From Solirubrobacterales bacterium (lineage in GTDB: Bacteria; Actinomycetota; Thermoleophilia; Solirubrobacterales; Solirubrobacteraceae): a stretch of 64,000 bases of DNA. The notes beneath the pieces were generated by a model that made no database searches, was not told the origin of the DNA, and saw only the letters and a list, made by a program, of their open reading frames with translations. Within the stretch, counting starts at the first letter, position 1. The number at the start of each line of letters is the position of its first letter. Positions 8,666 to 17,237 of the stretch are shown here, piece by piece. Location: NCBI GenBank assembly GCA_038199035.1, contig JBBPZM010000061.1, positions 3,995-67,994 on the forward strand. Reading direction: 5' to 3'. Made by a program: the position numbers and the translations under genes.

Positions 8666-10066
8666 ATGGCCGCCGAGCCGACCCCCATCGTTCCGGCCCG
8701 TGGTGGCTGGCGCGCGGGGCGGAGGCAGGGCAGCGCCACCGCGGCCGCAAAAGGCGGTCGGCGACGGGGCGCGCTCGACGCCGGGCTGGCTCGCGCGCGT
8801 GAAGCCGAGGGGCTGGCCGCGGGCTGGCGGGCGCTGTGGGTGTCGCGCTTGCTGGTGTGGGCTGGCGGCCTGCTCGGGATGCTGGTCTGGCCGACGGTCT
8901 CGCGCGCTCCGGGCTGGCGGGGCTTCGACCCGGGGGGCCTGACCTCGCCGTTCGGCGCGGCGGGCGACCTGCTGGTGGCCCCGGCCGCGCGCTGGGACTC
9001 CGTCTGGTACCTGGAGATCGCCCGCGGGGGCTACGGCGGGGCTCCCGCCCGGGCGGCGTTCTTTCCCCTCTATCCCCTGGCCGTCCGAGCCCTCGGCGCC
9101 CCGGCGGCCGCGCTCGGAGGCGGCGAGCGGGCCTATGTGGCAGCCGGGGTGGCGATCTCCCTGGCGGCGCTGCTCGCCGGGCTGGTGATCGTTCACCGAC
9201 TCGGCGTCCTGGACCTCGGCCCGTCGGTGGCTGGAAGGGCGGTGTGGCTCCTGGCGCTCTTCCCGACCGCCTTCGCCTTCTCGGCGGTCTACAGCGAGTC
9301 GCTGTTCCTAGCCCTCTCCGCCGGCACCCTCTACGCCGGGCGGCTCGGACGCTGGCGCTGGGCGGGGGTGCTCGGCGGCCTGGCCGCCGCGACACGCAGC
9401 ACCGGCCTGCTGCTCGTGGTCCCGCTCGTCCTGCTCTATCTCTACGGACCGCGGGCCGACCGGCCCGCCCCGGGTGCGCAGGGCTCGATGGGTCCCCGCC
9501 ATCCCGTCCGCGCCGACCTGGCCTGGGTTCTCCTCGTCCCGGCTGGCCTCGCCGCCTACATGGCGCACCTCGCCCTCGTCACCGGCGACCCGCTCTCGCC
9601 CTTCAGCGTCGGCCACCTCTGGTACCGGCACCTCTCGGGCCCGCTGGGTGGGGCGTGGGAGGGTGCGGTCGCCGCCTTTGCCGGCGCGCGGCAGCTGCTG
9701 TCCGGGTCGCGCGCGCCGGTGTTCTTCACCGCGGCGGGGGGTGACCCGTTCTTCGTCGCAGCCCACAACCTCGGGAACCTGCTCTTCCTCATGGTCGCCG
9801 TGGTCGGGCTCGTCGCGGCGCTGCGCCGGCTGCCCCTTGCCTACGGCGCCTGGGCGCTGTGCGGCCTGATCGTGGCGATCTCGTTCCCCGTCGGGCCCGA
9901 GCCGCTGGCCTCCCTGCCCCGCTACCTCGCCGTGCTCTTCCCGCTCCACATGGGACTGGCGGCGTGGCTGCGCTCGCGCCGGGCGACGGGGATGGCGCTC
10001 GGGCTGAGCGCCGCCGGCCTGGTGGCGCTCTCGGGCGCCTTCGCCGCCTGGCAGTGGGTGGCGTGA
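8666..10066 (+). CDS. Integral membrane glycosyltransferase, PIG-V / GT-C-like mannosyltransferase family
   Basis: 466-aa ORF with a motif typical of bacterial PIG-V-like proteins, 'ARWDSVWYLEIARGGY'. About 10 TM helices follow. It is divergent from the PBP gene across a 74-nt spacer. Confidence 0.7.
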   Translation: MAAEPTPIVPARGGWRAGRRQGSATAAAKGGRRRGALDAGLARAREAEGLAAGWRALWVSRLLVWAGGLLGMLVWPTVSRAPGWRGFDPGGLTSPFGAAGDLLVAPAARWDSVWYLEIARGGYGGAPARAAFFPLYPLAVRALGAPAAALGGGERAYVAAGVAISLAALLAGLVIVHRLGVLDLGPSVAGRAVWLLALFPTAFAFSAVYSESLFLALSAGTLYAGRLGRWRWAGVLGGLAAATRSTGLLLVVPLVLLYLYGPRADRPAPGAQGSMGPRHPVRADLAWVLLVPAGLAAYMAHLALVTGDPLSPFSVGHLWYRHLSGPLGGAWEGAVAAFAGARQLLSGSRAPVFFTAAGGDPFFVAAHNLGNLLFLMVAVVGLVAALRRLPLAYGAWALCGLIVAISFPVGPEPLASLPRYLAVLFPLHMGLAAWLRSRRATGMALGLSAAGLVALSGAFAAWQWVA

Positions 10067-10752
10067 GCCGGCCGCGGGCCGTCCTGCTCGACGCCCTGGG
10101 GACCCTGCTGGCGCTGGAGCCCCCGGCGCCCGCCCTGCGAGACCAGCTGCGGGCCCGCTTCGGGCTAGAGGTGACGGCGGGCGAGGCGGAGCGGGCGATG
10201 GCGGCGGAGATCGCCTTCTACCGGGCGCATATCCTCGAGGGTCGCGACGCTGACGCCCTGGCCGCTCTGCGTGCCCGCTGCACTGACGTCGTGGCCAGGG
10301 CGCTCGGCGCGGGCGTTCGCGACCTCGATCGCCGCGAGCTGGGCGAGGCGCTGCTCGGGGCCCTGCGCTTCACGGCGTTCCCCGACGTCCCCGGGGCGCT
10401 CGACGCCATGAGGGCGCGCGGGCTGCGCCTGGTCGTGGTCTCCAACTGGGACTGCTCGCTGCCCGACGTGCTGGGACAGGCCGGGCTGCGTCAGCGCGTC
10501 GACGCCGTGGTGACGTCGGCCGAGGTCGCAGCGGCCAAGCCGGACCCGGCGATCTTCGAGCGGGCGCTGGCGCTGGCGGGGGTGGCGCCCGGCGCCGCCC
10601 TCCACGTCGGCGACTCCGCCCACGAGGACGTCGCTGGGGCGCGGGCGGCGGGGATCGAGCCGGTCCTCGTCGTGCGGGATCGCGCGACGCCGCTGCCGGT
10701 CGGGCTGCGCGCGGTGCGCTCACTACGCGAACTGGCAGCGCTCAGCCGCTGA
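10063..10752 (+). CDS. HAD-superfamily hydrolase (subfamily IA-like)
   Basis: An in-frame GTG at 10063 overlaps the upstream stop (GTGA). Motifs are 'AVLLDALGTLL', 'VVSNWD', 'AAKPDPAIFERAL' and 'LHVGDSAHEDVAGARAAG'. Confidence 0.8.
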   Translation: MSRPRAVLLDALGTLLALEPPAPALRDQLRARFGLEVTAGEAERAMAAEIAFYRAHILEGRDADALAALRARCTDVVARALGAGVRDLDRRELGEALLGALRFTAFPDVPGALDAMRARGLRLVVVSNWDCSLPDVLGQAGLRQRVDAVVTSAEVAAAKPDPAIFERALALAGVAPGAALHVGDSAHEDVAGARAAGIEPVLVVRDRATPLPVGLRAVRSLRELAALSR

Positions 10753-10787
10753 CCGGTTCGGGCTCATCGGCGGCGTAATCTCAGGGA

Positions 10788-11669
10788 ATGGCCGCGCAGG
10801 AGCCCGCCGTCCCGGTCCGCCCGGGCCCGCCGCCGCTTTCGCCCGAGCGGCCGGAGAACGCGCCTACTTCCTCGCCGCGCTGGCCGGGCTGGACGGCGCC
10901 GGTCGCCCTCGTCGCCGCGCTCGGCGCCACCCTCTTCGGCGGGGCGGTGATCGGCGGGATCTCCGCGGCGGCCGGCGCCGACATCGCCAAGCCGCCGCCC
11001 GCGGTGGTCATCGTCGGGACGGCCTTCCAGGACCTCGCGTTCGTGTTCAGCGCCCTGCTCTTCGCGCGGATCGTCGCCCCGCCGCGCCCCTGGCAGTTCG
11101 GGCTCGTCCGGCTCGGCATCGGACGCTGGATCGGGTGGGCGCTGGCCACCTGGATCTTCTTCCTCGTCGTCCTCGCGGCGTGGAGCAGCGCCCTTGGGCT
11201 GCACCAGCGCGACGACCTCCCGGCCCAGCTCGGCATCGATCGCAGCGCGGTGGCGCTGGTCGCGGTGACGGTGCTCGTTACGGTGGTCGCGCCGATCTGC
11301 GAGGAGCTGTTCTTCCGGGGTTACTTCTTCACGGCGCTGCGGTCCTGGGCAGGCCCGTGGCTGGCCGCTGTCATCACCGGCGCGGTCTTCGGCGCGATCC
11401 ACGGGTTCTCGGCGCCGGTGGGCTTCCTGGTCCCGCTCGGAGCCTTTGGCTTCGGCCTGTGCCTGCTCTACTGGCGCACGGGCTCGCTGTACCCGTGCAT
11501 GTCGGCCCACGCGCTGAACAACTCGTTCGCGCTGGGGGTCACCCAGCACTGGCTGTGGTGGGAGGTCGTGACGGTGATGGTGGCCGCGAATGCGGTCATC
11601 GCCGTCATCGTCCTGAGCGTGGGCCGCGGGAAGGGCGCGGCCCCCCGGCCGGCGCCCGCCCTGTCCTGA
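10788..11669 (+). CDS. CPBP-family intramembrane glutamic endopeptidase (CAAX protease / Abi family)
   Basis: 293-aa ORF. Motifs are 'ICEELFFRGYFF', 'FGAIHG' and 'HALNNS', embedded in multiple TM helices. Confidence 0.85.
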   Translation: MAAQEPAVPVRPGPPPLSPERPENAPTSSPRWPGWTAPVALVAALGATLFGGAVIGGISAAAGADIAKPPPAVVIVGTAFQDLAFVFSALLFARIVAPPRPWQFGLVRLGIGRWIGWALATWIFFLVVLAAWSSALGLHQRDDLPAQLGIDRSAVALVAVTVLVTVVAPICEELFFRGYFFTALRSWAGPWLAAVITGAVFGAIHGFSAPVGFLVPLGAFGFGLCLLYWRTGSLYPCMSAHALNNSFALGVTQHWLWWEVVTVMVAANAVIAVIVLSVGRGKGAAPRPAPALS

Positions 11670-11746
11670 GCGCGGCGGGCGCAGGGGCCGGCCGATCCGC
11701 TTCCCTTTCCCGGTGCCGACGCCTTTCCGCGGTCCCTTGACGTACG

Positions 11747-12814
11747 ATGCCGGCGCCGATGCGCCGCCGACTCTCCCGTTCGCTGAGCTTCGCCGTCGCC
11801 CTTGCGGCCTTCGCCGCGCCCCCTGCCGGCGCCGCTGCCCCCTCGCCCCCACCGAACGCCGGATCGTCGCCCACCTCGCCGCCCGTGGCCGCGGGCATGA
11901 GCCTGGCCTTCGAGCGCCAGTTCCACCTCGGCGCCCAGAACGTGGCCATGCAGGGGCAGACGCTGCGGCTGCGCGGCACGACCGCCGGCGAGCTGGTCGG
12001 CCAGGTCGTGACCGTGCGCGTGAACGTCGGGCCCCGCCGGATCGTGCTCGTGCGCCGGACCGCCACGCGGACCGCCGGCCACGGCGAGTTCACCGTCGAC
12101 TTCCGCGTCGCGCGCGCCGGGGTCGTCCATGCCAGCGCCCTGCACGACGCCAACGCCACCGTAGGGCGCCTGGCCGCGGAGTCCCCGCTGGTCAGCGCGT
12201 TCATCCCGGTGGCCGGAGCGGGCGCTCGAGGTCTGCGGGTCCGCTTCCTCCAGCAGCGCCTGGCCCGCCTGCACTACGGCGTGGCCGTCACCGGCTACTA
12301 CAACGGCGAGACCGCCCGTGCCGTGCTGGCCTACCGCAAGGTCAACGTCATGGCCCGTGTCTCCTCGGCCAGCCGGGCGGTCTTCGGCCGCCTGGCCGTG
12401 ATGCGCGGCGGCTTCCCGCTCTACTACCCGACGCACGGCCGCCACGTCGAGGCGGACCTCGGCCGTCAGGTCCTGGCCCTCGTCAATCCCGGCGGAAGCG
12501 TCTACCGCGTCTATCCCATGTCGTCGGGCAAGCCCTCCACGCCGACGGTGCGCGGCGGCTTCCACGTCTACTCGAAGACGCCGGGAACCAACGGGCTCGG
12601 CATGGTGGACTCGAACTACTTCATCGGCGGCTACGCCATCCACGGCTACCACAGCGTGCCCACCTACGCCGCCAGCCACGGGTGCCTGCGCATCCCCATC
12701 CCCGCCGCCGGCTTCGTCAACCGCTGGCTGCGCATCGGCACGCGGGTCGACGTCTTCTACCGCAACCGCCGCGTCCCGACGCACCAGCGGATCAACCCGC
12801 ACGCCGGGCCGTAG
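11747..12814 (+). CDS. L,D-transpeptidase (YkuD domain) with a peptidoglycan-binding domain
   Basis: It has a signal peptide 'LSFAVALAAFAAPPAGA' and a PG-binding-like stretch 'VRFLQQRLARLHYGVAVTGYYNGETARAVLAYRK'. The YkuD catalytic motif is 'YAIHGYHSVPTYAASHGCLRI'. Confidence 0.88.
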   Translation: MPAPMRRRLSRSLSFAVALAAFAAPPAGAAAPSPPPNAGSSPTSPPVAAGMSLAFERQFHLGAQNVAMQGQTLRLRGTTAGELVGQVVTVRVNVGPRRIVLVRRTATRTAGHGEFTVDFRVARAGVVHASALHDANATVGRLAAESPLVSAFIPVAGAGARGLRVRFLQQRLARLHYGVAVTGYYNGETARAVLAYRKVNVMARVSSASRAVFGRLAVMRGGFPLYYPTHGRHVEADLGRQVLALVNPGGSVYRVYPMSSGKPSTPTVRGGFHVYSKTPGTNGLGMVDSNYFIGGYAIHGYHSVPTYAASHGCLRIPIPAAGFVNRWLRIGTRVDVFYRNRRVPTHQRINPHAGP

Positions 12815-12884
12815 GTCACGACCGCGGGCTTGGGGCCGGTAGCCGGGCCGCTCTGCGCGTCGACCCGGCCCGCGGCGGGGGCGC

Positions 12885-13247
12885 TCAGGCCCGTGAGCGA
12901 ACGTAGCGGGCGAGGAAGCCCAGGCCGAGGCCGTAGACGAGCATGGCCAGCAGCGTCGGGATGCCCTGGCTGACCCAGCGGTTGCTCGAGGCCACGACGC
13001 CGGAGAACGGGCTCAGCAGAGCGCGATCCGCGTCATCGATCGCCCTGCGTGGACCGCGCTCGGGCGCCGGTGCGGCCGGTGTCGCGGGGCTCGGGGAGCC
13101 CGAGTCGACGACCTCGATCTGCTGATGGCGCGACGCGCTGCTCAGCTCGTTGACCGCGAACAGCACGAAGGCCACGGCCACGATCAGCGTGGCCACGACG
13201 GCCACGGCGCGGAGGGCCCCGTCGATCACGGCATCTAGAATCGACAC
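12885..13247 (-). CDS. Small two-TM membrane protein, unknown function
   Basis: Within ORF 12885..13346 there is an in-frame GTG at 13247, giving 'VSILDAVIDGALRAVAVVATLIVAVAFVLFAV'. A Pro/Ala linker and a C-terminal TM 'IPTLLAMLVYGLGLGFLA' follow. No family was recognised and the start is uncertain. Confidence 0.45.
   Translation of the reverse strand: MSILDAVIDGALRAVAVVATLIVAVAFVLFAVNELSSASRHQQIEVVDSGSPSPATPAAPAPERGPRRAIDDADRALLSPFSGVVASSNRWVSQGIPTLLAMLVYGLGLGFLARYVRSRA
13236..13241 (+). promoter_or_regulatory. -10-like hexamer TAGAAT upstream of pyrE (would give a 3-4 nt or leaderless 5' end)
   Basis: TAGAAT fits TANNNT. It ends 10 nt before the proposed pyrE GTG (13252). No upstream Shine-Dalgarno sequence is visible. 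Confidence 0.3.
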
Positions 13248-13251
13248 GTCG

Positions 13252-13845
13252 GTGCCCCGGCTTGACCGCGATACCTCCGTTGCCGCGCCGGCGTCGGAGG
13301 CGCGCGACCGGTTGGTCGAGGAGCTGCGCGAGCACGCGCTGGTCATCGGCGACGTGGTCCTGAGCAGCGGGGCGACCGCGCCCTACTACGTAGACGCCAA
13401 GCGGGCGATCCTGCGCCCGGCGGGCTTCGATGCGCTGGCCGCGCTCGTCGCGGCCGAGGCCAGGCGCCGCTCGGCCACCGCGGTCGGCGGCCTGACCATG
13501 GGCGCCGACCCGGTGGCCTGCGCCGCGCTGGCCGGCGGGGCCGACGTCAAGGCCTTCTGCGTGCGCAAGGGGCCCAAGGGCCACGGCCTTCAGCGCAGGA
13601 TCGAGGGTCCCGCGCTCGAGTCCGGGGACCGCTGCCTCGTGGTGGAGGACGTGGTCACCACCGGTGGCTCGACGCTGGCCGCCCTCGCCGCCCTGCGCGA
13701 AGCCGGCCTCTTGGTCTGCGGGGTCGTGGCCGTCCTCGACCGCCTGGCCGGCGGCGGCGAGGCCATCGCCGCGGCTGCGGGGGCGCCCTACGTCGCGCTG
13801 ACGACGATCGACGACGTCTACCCCGGGCGCCCCGCCGGCTCCTGA
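13252..13845 (+). CDS. pyrE: Orotate phosphoribosyltransferase
   Basis: Within ORF 13150..13845 there is an in-frame GTG at 13252. Motifs are 'VLSSGATAPYYVDAKR', the PRPP-binding 'CLVVEDVVTTGGS' and 'VCGVVAVLDR'. Confidence 0.9.
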   Translation: MPRLDRDTSVAAPASEARDRLVEELREHALVIGDVVLSSGATAPYYVDAKRAILRPAGFDALAALVAAEARRRSATAVGGLTMGADPVACAALAGGADVKAFCVRKGPKGHGLQRRIEGPALESGDRCLVVEDVVTTGGSTLAALAALREAGLLVCGVVAVLDRLAGGGEAIAAAAGAPYVALTTIDDVYPGRPAGS

Positions 13846-13969
13846 GGGCGAGTGTGGCGGCGCCGACCGCCGCGAGCCGACCGGCGATCGCCGTCAGCTC
13901 GGCGATCTGGCCGGCCCCCGCGGATGGCCGACCGAGAACCGCCGACACGCGAGCAACCCGCGCCGGCCC

Positions 13970-14614
13970 TCAGAACGTCGGCGGCTGGGCGCTGAACGAG
14001 CGGATCATGCCGGCGATGGCTGGGCGGTAGGCGGCCGCGCGCGTGCGCGCGTTGCGGAAGAAGACCATCGTGAAGGTGACGCGACCGGGGCGGCGGATGG
14101 CCGCCGCCAGGATGTCCTGGGGCACCCCGGTGGCCACGAAGGTCCCCCGCGCCCGCGCGGTCGCCGTCGGGTAGCGCGTGCCGGACAGCCGGCTCGCAGT
14201 GCCGACGCGCAGGCCGCGATAGCCGCCCAGCGCGCGCAGCGTGCGGCGGGCGTACTCCGGCAGCGAGTCGGAGGACTGGCCGTCGTCCGAGCGGTCGGCC
14301 GAGATCCCGACCGACACCGCGCCGTCGCGCGAGCGCACGAGGGTGGCCCGCACCCCGGTCGCCCTCCAGCCCGGCGGCACCCCGACGGAGAAGCCCGCTC
14401 GCGCGTTGACGACCCGCCTCCATCCAGAGGGCAGGGCGGGGCGCGGGTCGAAGCGCTCGAGCGCCGCCGCCGTGGTCGCCGGCCCGGCGTCCCCCCGGCC
14501 GCAGCCGCTCCAGCAGGCCGCGCCGACGGCCAGCGCGACCATCGCCGTGCGCGTGCCTCGTGGGAGCCTGCGACGGTGGTCCATGCGCACGAGGGCCCGA
14601 CCCGGCTCGGGCAA
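13970..14614 (-). CDS. Putative lipoprotein, unknown function
   Basis: It has a lipobox-like signal 'MVALAVGAAC' after a basic N-terminus. The more likely start is the ATG at 14584 ('MDHRRRLPRGTRTA...'). No domain was recognised. Confidence 0.6.
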   Translation of the reverse strand: MPEPGRALVRMDHRRRLPRGTRTAMVALAVGAACWSGCGRGDAGPATTAAALERFDPRPALPSGWRRVVNARAGFSVGVPPGWRATGVRATLVRSRDGAVSVGISADRSDDGQSSDSLPEYARRTLRALGGYRGLRVGTASRLSGTRYPTATARARGTFVATGVPQDILAAAIRRPGRVTFTMVFFRNARTRAAAYRPAIAGMIRSFSAQPPTF

Positions 14615-14855
14615 GCGGCCGATCCCCGGGAGCCTGACCGGGCAGGCCCGGCGGGCATGCTACCGCCGGTCGTGCGGATGGTCGGGGACGCGGTCGGCGC
14701 CCAGCTTGCTCTGGTCCGCTCCCCCGGATGCCGGTGTCGCGATCAACCGTTTAGCGTCCCGGAAAGTGCGCGAGCGAGGAGTCCCAGCGCCTTGTTCCCG
14801 GGGCGCCGCGGTGAGCGCGGCGCGGGTGCCGAGCGGCGAGGCCCCGGCCTCTGGC

Positions 14856-15744
14856 ATGGTCCCCCGCCTGCGCGCCCGCGTGTCCGAGAGCGCGGTCGGG
14901 GCATGGGCGGTGGCGGGCGCCTGTCTCCTGCTCGCCGTCATATCGCTACTGCGCCGAGACCCACTCAACGTCGACGTGTGGTCGTGGCTGGTGTGGGGGC
15001 GCGAGGTTCGCCAGCTCGCCCTCGACACGACCGGCGGAGCGTCGTGGAAGCCGTTGCCCGTGGTGGTGACGACGGCCGCGTCGCTGCTGGGCGCTGGTGG
15101 TCGCGCTGGCCCTGGGCGCGATCGACCGTCATCTGGCGGGGCGCCGGCTGCAGGCGCTGGCCCTCGCGGTGCTGTCCGCTCTGGGACGGCCGGAGCTGTG
15201 GCCGCTGGTGGTGGTCTACGGCGTCCATCTGTGGCGTGTCGAGCCCGCGCGGCGCGCGTGGGTGATCGGGGGGATCCTCGCCGTGCCGCTCCTCTGGCTG
15301 GGCGGGGGGACCTTGGGCGCATCGAACCCGCTGGACTCGCTCCAGCGAGCCCAGGCGGTGACCGCCATCGGCGCTGTGTTGAGGCCCGACGAGGGGCACG
15401 GCGCCTCGTCCCTGCTCGAGACGACCTGGGGCCTGGTTGTGGCGCCGCTCTGGCTGACCGCGCTGGCGGCGGTCGGCATCGCCGCTCGGCGCTATAGGCA
15501 GGCGAGCGACTCGGCCCGGCCGATCCTCGTGCTCGCTGCCGGCGCCCTGCTGTGGATCGGCGTGGCGTGGGCGGTCTCGTTCTTCGGCATCCCCGCCTTG
15601 GCGCGCTTCATGATCGGGCCGGCCGCCGTGCTGTCGGTCCTGGCATCGCCGGGCTGTCGCCTGCGGGAGCCAGGTAGCGCTCGTCAACGCCAATTCGGTC
15701 AGCACGGCCGAGGTGGCATGGCGGGTCGGGTTGCCGCTGCGTGA
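14856..15744 (+). pseudogene. Polytopic membrane protein gene interrupted by a frameshift near 15085-15097 (pseudogene or sequencing error)
   Basis: The frame starting at ATG 14856 reads membrane-like sequence 'AVAGACLLLAVISLL...SWKPLPVVVTTAASLLGA', then degenerates into Gly/Arg/Pro junk. The +1 frame opens at 15070 and continues as membrane protein 'VVALALGAIDRHLAGRRLQALALAVLSALGRPELWPLVVVYGV...' to 15744. Confidence 0.55.
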
Positions 15745-15968
15745 CGCTCACCGGGTGCTGATCGGCGCCCGGTTCCCCGGCTTCCATGGCCTTGTCGTGG
15801 CACGCCTGCGCAGCGGCGCCCTCGGGCCCCTCAAGCGCGCCCGGCGAGTTACACGCCTTCCGGCGCCGGGGCCCGCGTGGAGGAGGCTCGCCGAGGTCGG
15901 GAAGTGGGGCGTCTACGCAGCACGCTGCGGCGCCTCGTCCTGACCGCGCCTTCGTCGCGTACACCCAG

Positions 15969-16042
<74 letters not shown>

Positions 16043-16259
16043 CCCGAAGGCAAGCCTATTGGGCGGCGGCCCTAGCTCGGGCTGGATCCCGTCTGCCGTC
16101 TCGAGGGCGTCGACTGCCGCCCGGCCGACCCACGCCGGCCCCCGCGGTAGAGGCTCTAGCGGCAGGCCAACCGCCCCGGCGGGCGACTCCGGGCGCGAAA
16201 CTTCCATTTGTGCGCGCCTTCTTCCCGGCCGCGAGGCGGCCGCTGGTATAGGCAGGGCG

Positions 16260-17237
16260 GTGAGCACGGTCGACGTGACGCGCGAGAGCCTGCCCCACGT
16301 CGTGGCGGCCGAGCCGCGGGCGCCACGCATCGGCGCGCGCTCCACGCCCGCGCTGGTGTGGCGCCGCCTGCGCGCCGATCGGTGGGCGATGGCCGGCCTG
16401 GCCGCCATCGTCCTCGTCGTCGCCGTGGCCATCGCCGCCCCGCTGGTCGTCAGGCTCGCGGGCGCGGCCCCTCCTGACCTCCAGTCGCCGGGCGCCCTCG
16501 ACGCCTTCGGCCTCCCCACCGGACCGAGCTCGCGCCACCTGCTCGGCGTCGATCCGCTCGGCCGGGATGTCCTCAGCCGCGTGGTCTACTGCCTGCGGGT
16601 CTCGCTCGAGGTGGCGTTCCTGGCCACCGGCCTCGCCGTGGTCGTCGGCGTCCTCGTCGGCGTCCTGGCCGGCTACCGCCGCGGCTGGGTCGACACGCTG
16701 CTCTCGCGGCTCATGGACTTCCAGCTCGCCTTTCCCATCCTGCTGCTGGGGATCGGCCTGGCCTCGGCGTGCTCGCTGGGCCGGGGCTGCCTCGGCGGCC
16801 TCGTGCAGCCGGGCCTCACCGTCGTGGTGTTCGTGATCGCGCTGGCCTCGTGGCCCTACGTCGGGCGGATCGCCCGGGGCGAGGCCCTGTCACTGCGCGA
16901 GCAGCCGTTCGTCGAGGCGGCACGCTCGCTGGGCGCGTCTGACATGCGCGTCGTGCTCGAGGACGTCATGCCCAACCTCGCTGCACCGGTCGTGGCCTAC
17001 AGCATGCTGATCGTCCCCACCAACATCCTGCTCGAGGCCGCGCTCTCCTACCTCGGCGTCGGCGTGCAGCCGCCGCAGGCGAGCCTCGGCCAGATGATCA
17101 GCGACGCCACCGCGACCTTCGACACCGCCTGGTGGTACATGCTCTTCCCCGGCCTGGCCCTGCTCGTCGTCGTGCTGGCCTTCAACGTCGTGGGCGGGGC
17201 GCTCCAGGAGGCCCTCGACCCCCGGGGGCGTCGGTGA
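16260..17237 (+). CDS. Peptide/nickel ABC transporter permease (DppC/OppC-like)
   Basis: Within ORF 16059..17237 there is an in-frame GTG at 16260. Motifs are 'LGVDPLGRDVLSRVVY' and the EAA-loop region 'FVEAARSLGASDMRVVLEDVMPN'. It has 6 TM helices. Confidence 0.88.
   Translation: MSTVDVTRESLPHVVAAEPRAPRIGARSTPALVWRRLRADRWAMAGLAAIVLVVAVAIAAPLVVRLAGAAPPDLQSPGALDAFGLPTGPSSRHLLGVDPLGRDVLSRVVYCLRVSLEVAFLATGLAVVVGVLVGVLAGYRRGWVDTLLSRLMDFQLAFPILLLGIGLASACSLGRGCLGGLVQPGLTVVVFVIALASWPYVGRIARGEALSLREQPFVEAARSLGASDMRVVLEDVMPNLAAPVVAYSMLIVPTNILLEAALSYLGVGVQPPQASLGQMISDATATFDTAWWYMLFPGLALLVVVLAFNVVGGALQEALDPRGRR

Noticed and set aside
6135-8942. A 935-aa plus-strand ORF, with companion ORFs 5851..7296 and 6797..7336, covering the PBP locus.
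   Set aside because: It is antisense or out of frame to a PBP gene with unmistakable GT51 and transpeptidase motifs. The translation is Arg/Gly/Ala/Pro-rich with no motifs. Long stop-free antisense frames are expected at this GC content.
15608-15964. A 118-aa minus-strand ORF and other short ORFs between the membrane pseudogene and the tRNA.
   Set aside because: There are no motifs, the composition is poor and coding-unlike, and the ORF overlaps the end of the membrane-protein frame. It is probably non-coding.
13846-15968. A possible genomic island on the 3' side of tRNA-Arg(CCT).
   Set aside because: There is no integrase, and I could not find a direct repeat of the tRNA 3' half. The neighbouring genes (a lipoprotein and a frameshifted membrane protein) show no obvious compositional break. 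Only the frameshift itself is reported.
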